From Elusimicrobiota bacterium (lineage in GTDB: Bacteria > Elusimicrobiota > UBA8919), in assembly GCA_043816185.1 (NCBI GenBank), contig JBDRIG010000070.1, forward strand, positions 1 to 37,629: a DNA stretch of 37,629 nucleotides, read 5' to 3'. Made by a program: the position numbers and the translations under genes. This document shows positions 36,164 to 37,629 of this stretch, in pieces (positions within the stretch are counted from its first letter, which is position 1; every line of letters begins with the position of its first letter). Below the pieces are notes generated by a model. That model did no database searches. It saw nothing but the letters and a program-made list of their open reading frames with translations, and was not told the DNA's origin.

Positions 36164-37453
36164 ATGTTTAAGAAAAAAAGTTTGTTTTTTGTTGTTGCTT
36201 TATTTTTTGTAATAAGTGCATCATTAGTTAAACTCGATACAATAAAAGCTACAGGAGATGATATCTATGAACAGATAAAAATTTTATCACAGATATTGGT
36301 TTATGTTCGTGAAAGTTATGTAGATGAGCCAGATATGAAAAAACTTATTTATGGTGCTGCCGACGGTATGATAAGAACCCTTGATCCATATTCTCAATTT
36401 ATGGAACCACAAGAAGCAAAAGAAATGAAGGTTCATACTGAAGGACATTTCGGAGGTTTAGGCATCAGAATTACATCTTCAAAAGAAGGATGGATTACTG
36501 TTGTTACTCCAATTCCAGGAACACCTGCGTGGAGACAAGGAATTTTACCAGAGGATAAAATTATAAAAATTGATGGCGGAAGTGCTAAAGATCTTTCAAC
36601 AGATAAGGCGGTAGAGAAGCTTCGTGGAAAACCAGGAACAAAAGTTACGATTACAATAGCACGAGAAAAAATTGAACCATTTGATTTAACAATCGTTCGC
36701 GAGGATATTCCTATCATTACCGTAACTGGCACAAAAATGCTTGATAAATCAATCGGATATTTTAGAATTACCGAAATGACCGCCAAGACAACTGAAGAAC
36801 TTGACAAAGCGTTAGCTGAATTGAAAAACAAAGGAATGGAATCGCTGGTTATTGATTTGAGAAATGACCCAGGTGGATTACTTAGTATTGCCGTGAATAT
36901 TTGTAAAAGATTTGTCGACGAAAATAAACTTATTGTTTATACTCAGGGCAGAAGATTTCCAAAATATGAATATCGTGCCGATAGTACAGCTCAGTATTCA
37001 GATATTCCACTCGTTATTCTTGTCAACAAGGGGTCTGCGTCAGGTAGTGAAATAGTTGCTGGTTGTATGCAGGACAATAGAAGAGGAATTATTATTGGGA
37101 TGCAGTCATTTGGTAAAGGTTCTGTGCAATCCCTGCTTCCTCTGGAGGGAGAAGCATCTTTACGACTTACGACACAAAAATATTATACACCATCTGGTAA
37201 ATGTATTCATCGCGATGATGAAAAGAAAACAGGTGGCATAACTCCCGATATGGTTATTGAGGTTTCACGCGAGGTTGAAATAGCACTTCAAAAACAGGAA
37301 ATTGATACCGAAATTACAAATGCCAAACACAGGGATGAAAAATATGATGTTAAAGTATCAACAGCTGCATCACAAAAAGATACAATAAAAGATGAGATTC
37401 TTGAAAGGGCGGTGCAGATATTAAAAGTGCGTGATATTTTGATACACAAATAA
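36164..37453 (+). CDS. ctpA: Carboxyl-terminal processing protease, S41 family
   Basis: LDPYS, FGGLGI (PDZ), DLRNDPGG, SASGSEIVAG, SFGKGSVQ, YYTPSG, GITPD; GGAGG RBS. Confidence 0.93.
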   Translation: MFKKKSLFFVVALFFVISASLVKLDTIKATGDDIYEQIKILSQILVYVRESYVDEPDMKKLIYGAADGMIRTLDPYSQFMEPQEAKEMKVHTEGHFGGLGIRITSSKEGWITVVTPIPGTPAWRQGILPEDKIIKIDGGSAKDLSTDKAVEKLRGKPGTKVTITIAREKIEPFDLTIVREDIPIITVTGTKMLDKSIGYFRITEMTAKTTEELDKALAELKNKGMESLVIDLRNDPGGLLSIAVNICKRFVDENKLIVYTQGRRFPKYEYRADSTAQYSDIPLVILVNKGSASGSEIVAGCMQDNRRGIIIGMQSFGKGSVQSLLPLEGEASLRLTTQKYYTPSGKCIHRDDEKKTGGITPDMVIEVSREVEIALQKQEIDTEITNAKHRDEKYDVKVSTAASQKDTIKDEILERAVQILKVRDILIHK

Positions 37454-37479
37454 TTAGAATTGGTGAATTCAACCAACAC

Positions 37480-37629
37480 AACAAGTTCAACACGTTAGTG
37501 CAACACCGCTGACGCTGGATTGAAAATCTGCTATAATAGGCAGATATGAAAAGAACATATAGTCATTTAACGGAAGCAGAACGGAACTTAATTGTTGTCA
37601 TGGTAAACCGCAACAAATCGGTTCACGAA
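37480..37629 (+). mobile_element. Left end of an IS30-family element, truncated by the window edge
   Basis: Terminal repeat AACAAGTTCAACACGTTAGTGCAACACC; TGC-TATAAT inside the hairpin ATCTGC/GCAGAT; transposase start at 37546. Confidence 0.85.
37546..37629 (+). CDS. IS30 transposase N-terminus, partial
   Basis: MKRTYSHLTEAERNLI: Y.HLT..ER..I start typical of IS30 transposases; not in the ORF track. Confidence 0.8.
   Translation, partial: MKRTYSHLTEAERNLIVVMVNRNKSVHE

Noticed and set aside
1196..37479. Minus-strand and nested ORFs in the track (e.g. 1196-1543, 7027-7368, 10908-11357, 13785-14198, 18472-18993, 36433-36831)
   Set aside because: They are shadows of well-supported + strand genes, with no recognisable motifs

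Overview
AT-rich bacterial chromosomal segment with all credible genes on the + strand. The lineage cannot be fixed from sequence alone; an anaerobe such as an Elusimicrobiota member is a tentative guess. Most genes are housekeeping: nadD-yqeK-LCP-rsfS-argS-yggS, rplM-rpsI, a CHASE2 adenylate cyclase, ptsI, lepA, recA, panC, rplU-rpmA-obgE-proB, ychF, pgm-UDPGP-DUF5693-csaB and ftsX-envC-ctpA. The most notable block is a tightly coupled cluster (13756-19863). It joins a Tat-less, anchor-less group-1-type [NiFe]-hydrogenase (small, large, protease) directly to metV-metF-fchA-folD, a candidate H2-linked methylene-THF reductase/C1 module. Its FolD carries a K->Q change predicted to remove cyclohydrolase activity. 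pgm is frameshifted at (TTACAGA)4 and envC at an A12 run. FtsX has no adjacent ftsE and lacks its coupling loop, and YchF lacks the catalytic His loop. The spacers hold many small repeats: nested MITEs with recoverable target-site duplications, REP-like palindromes, IS30 remnants, and 7/8-mer tandem repeats that also occur inside coding sequences. No tRNA, rRNA or CRISPR array was recognised. All calls come from motif reading by eye, not database searches.
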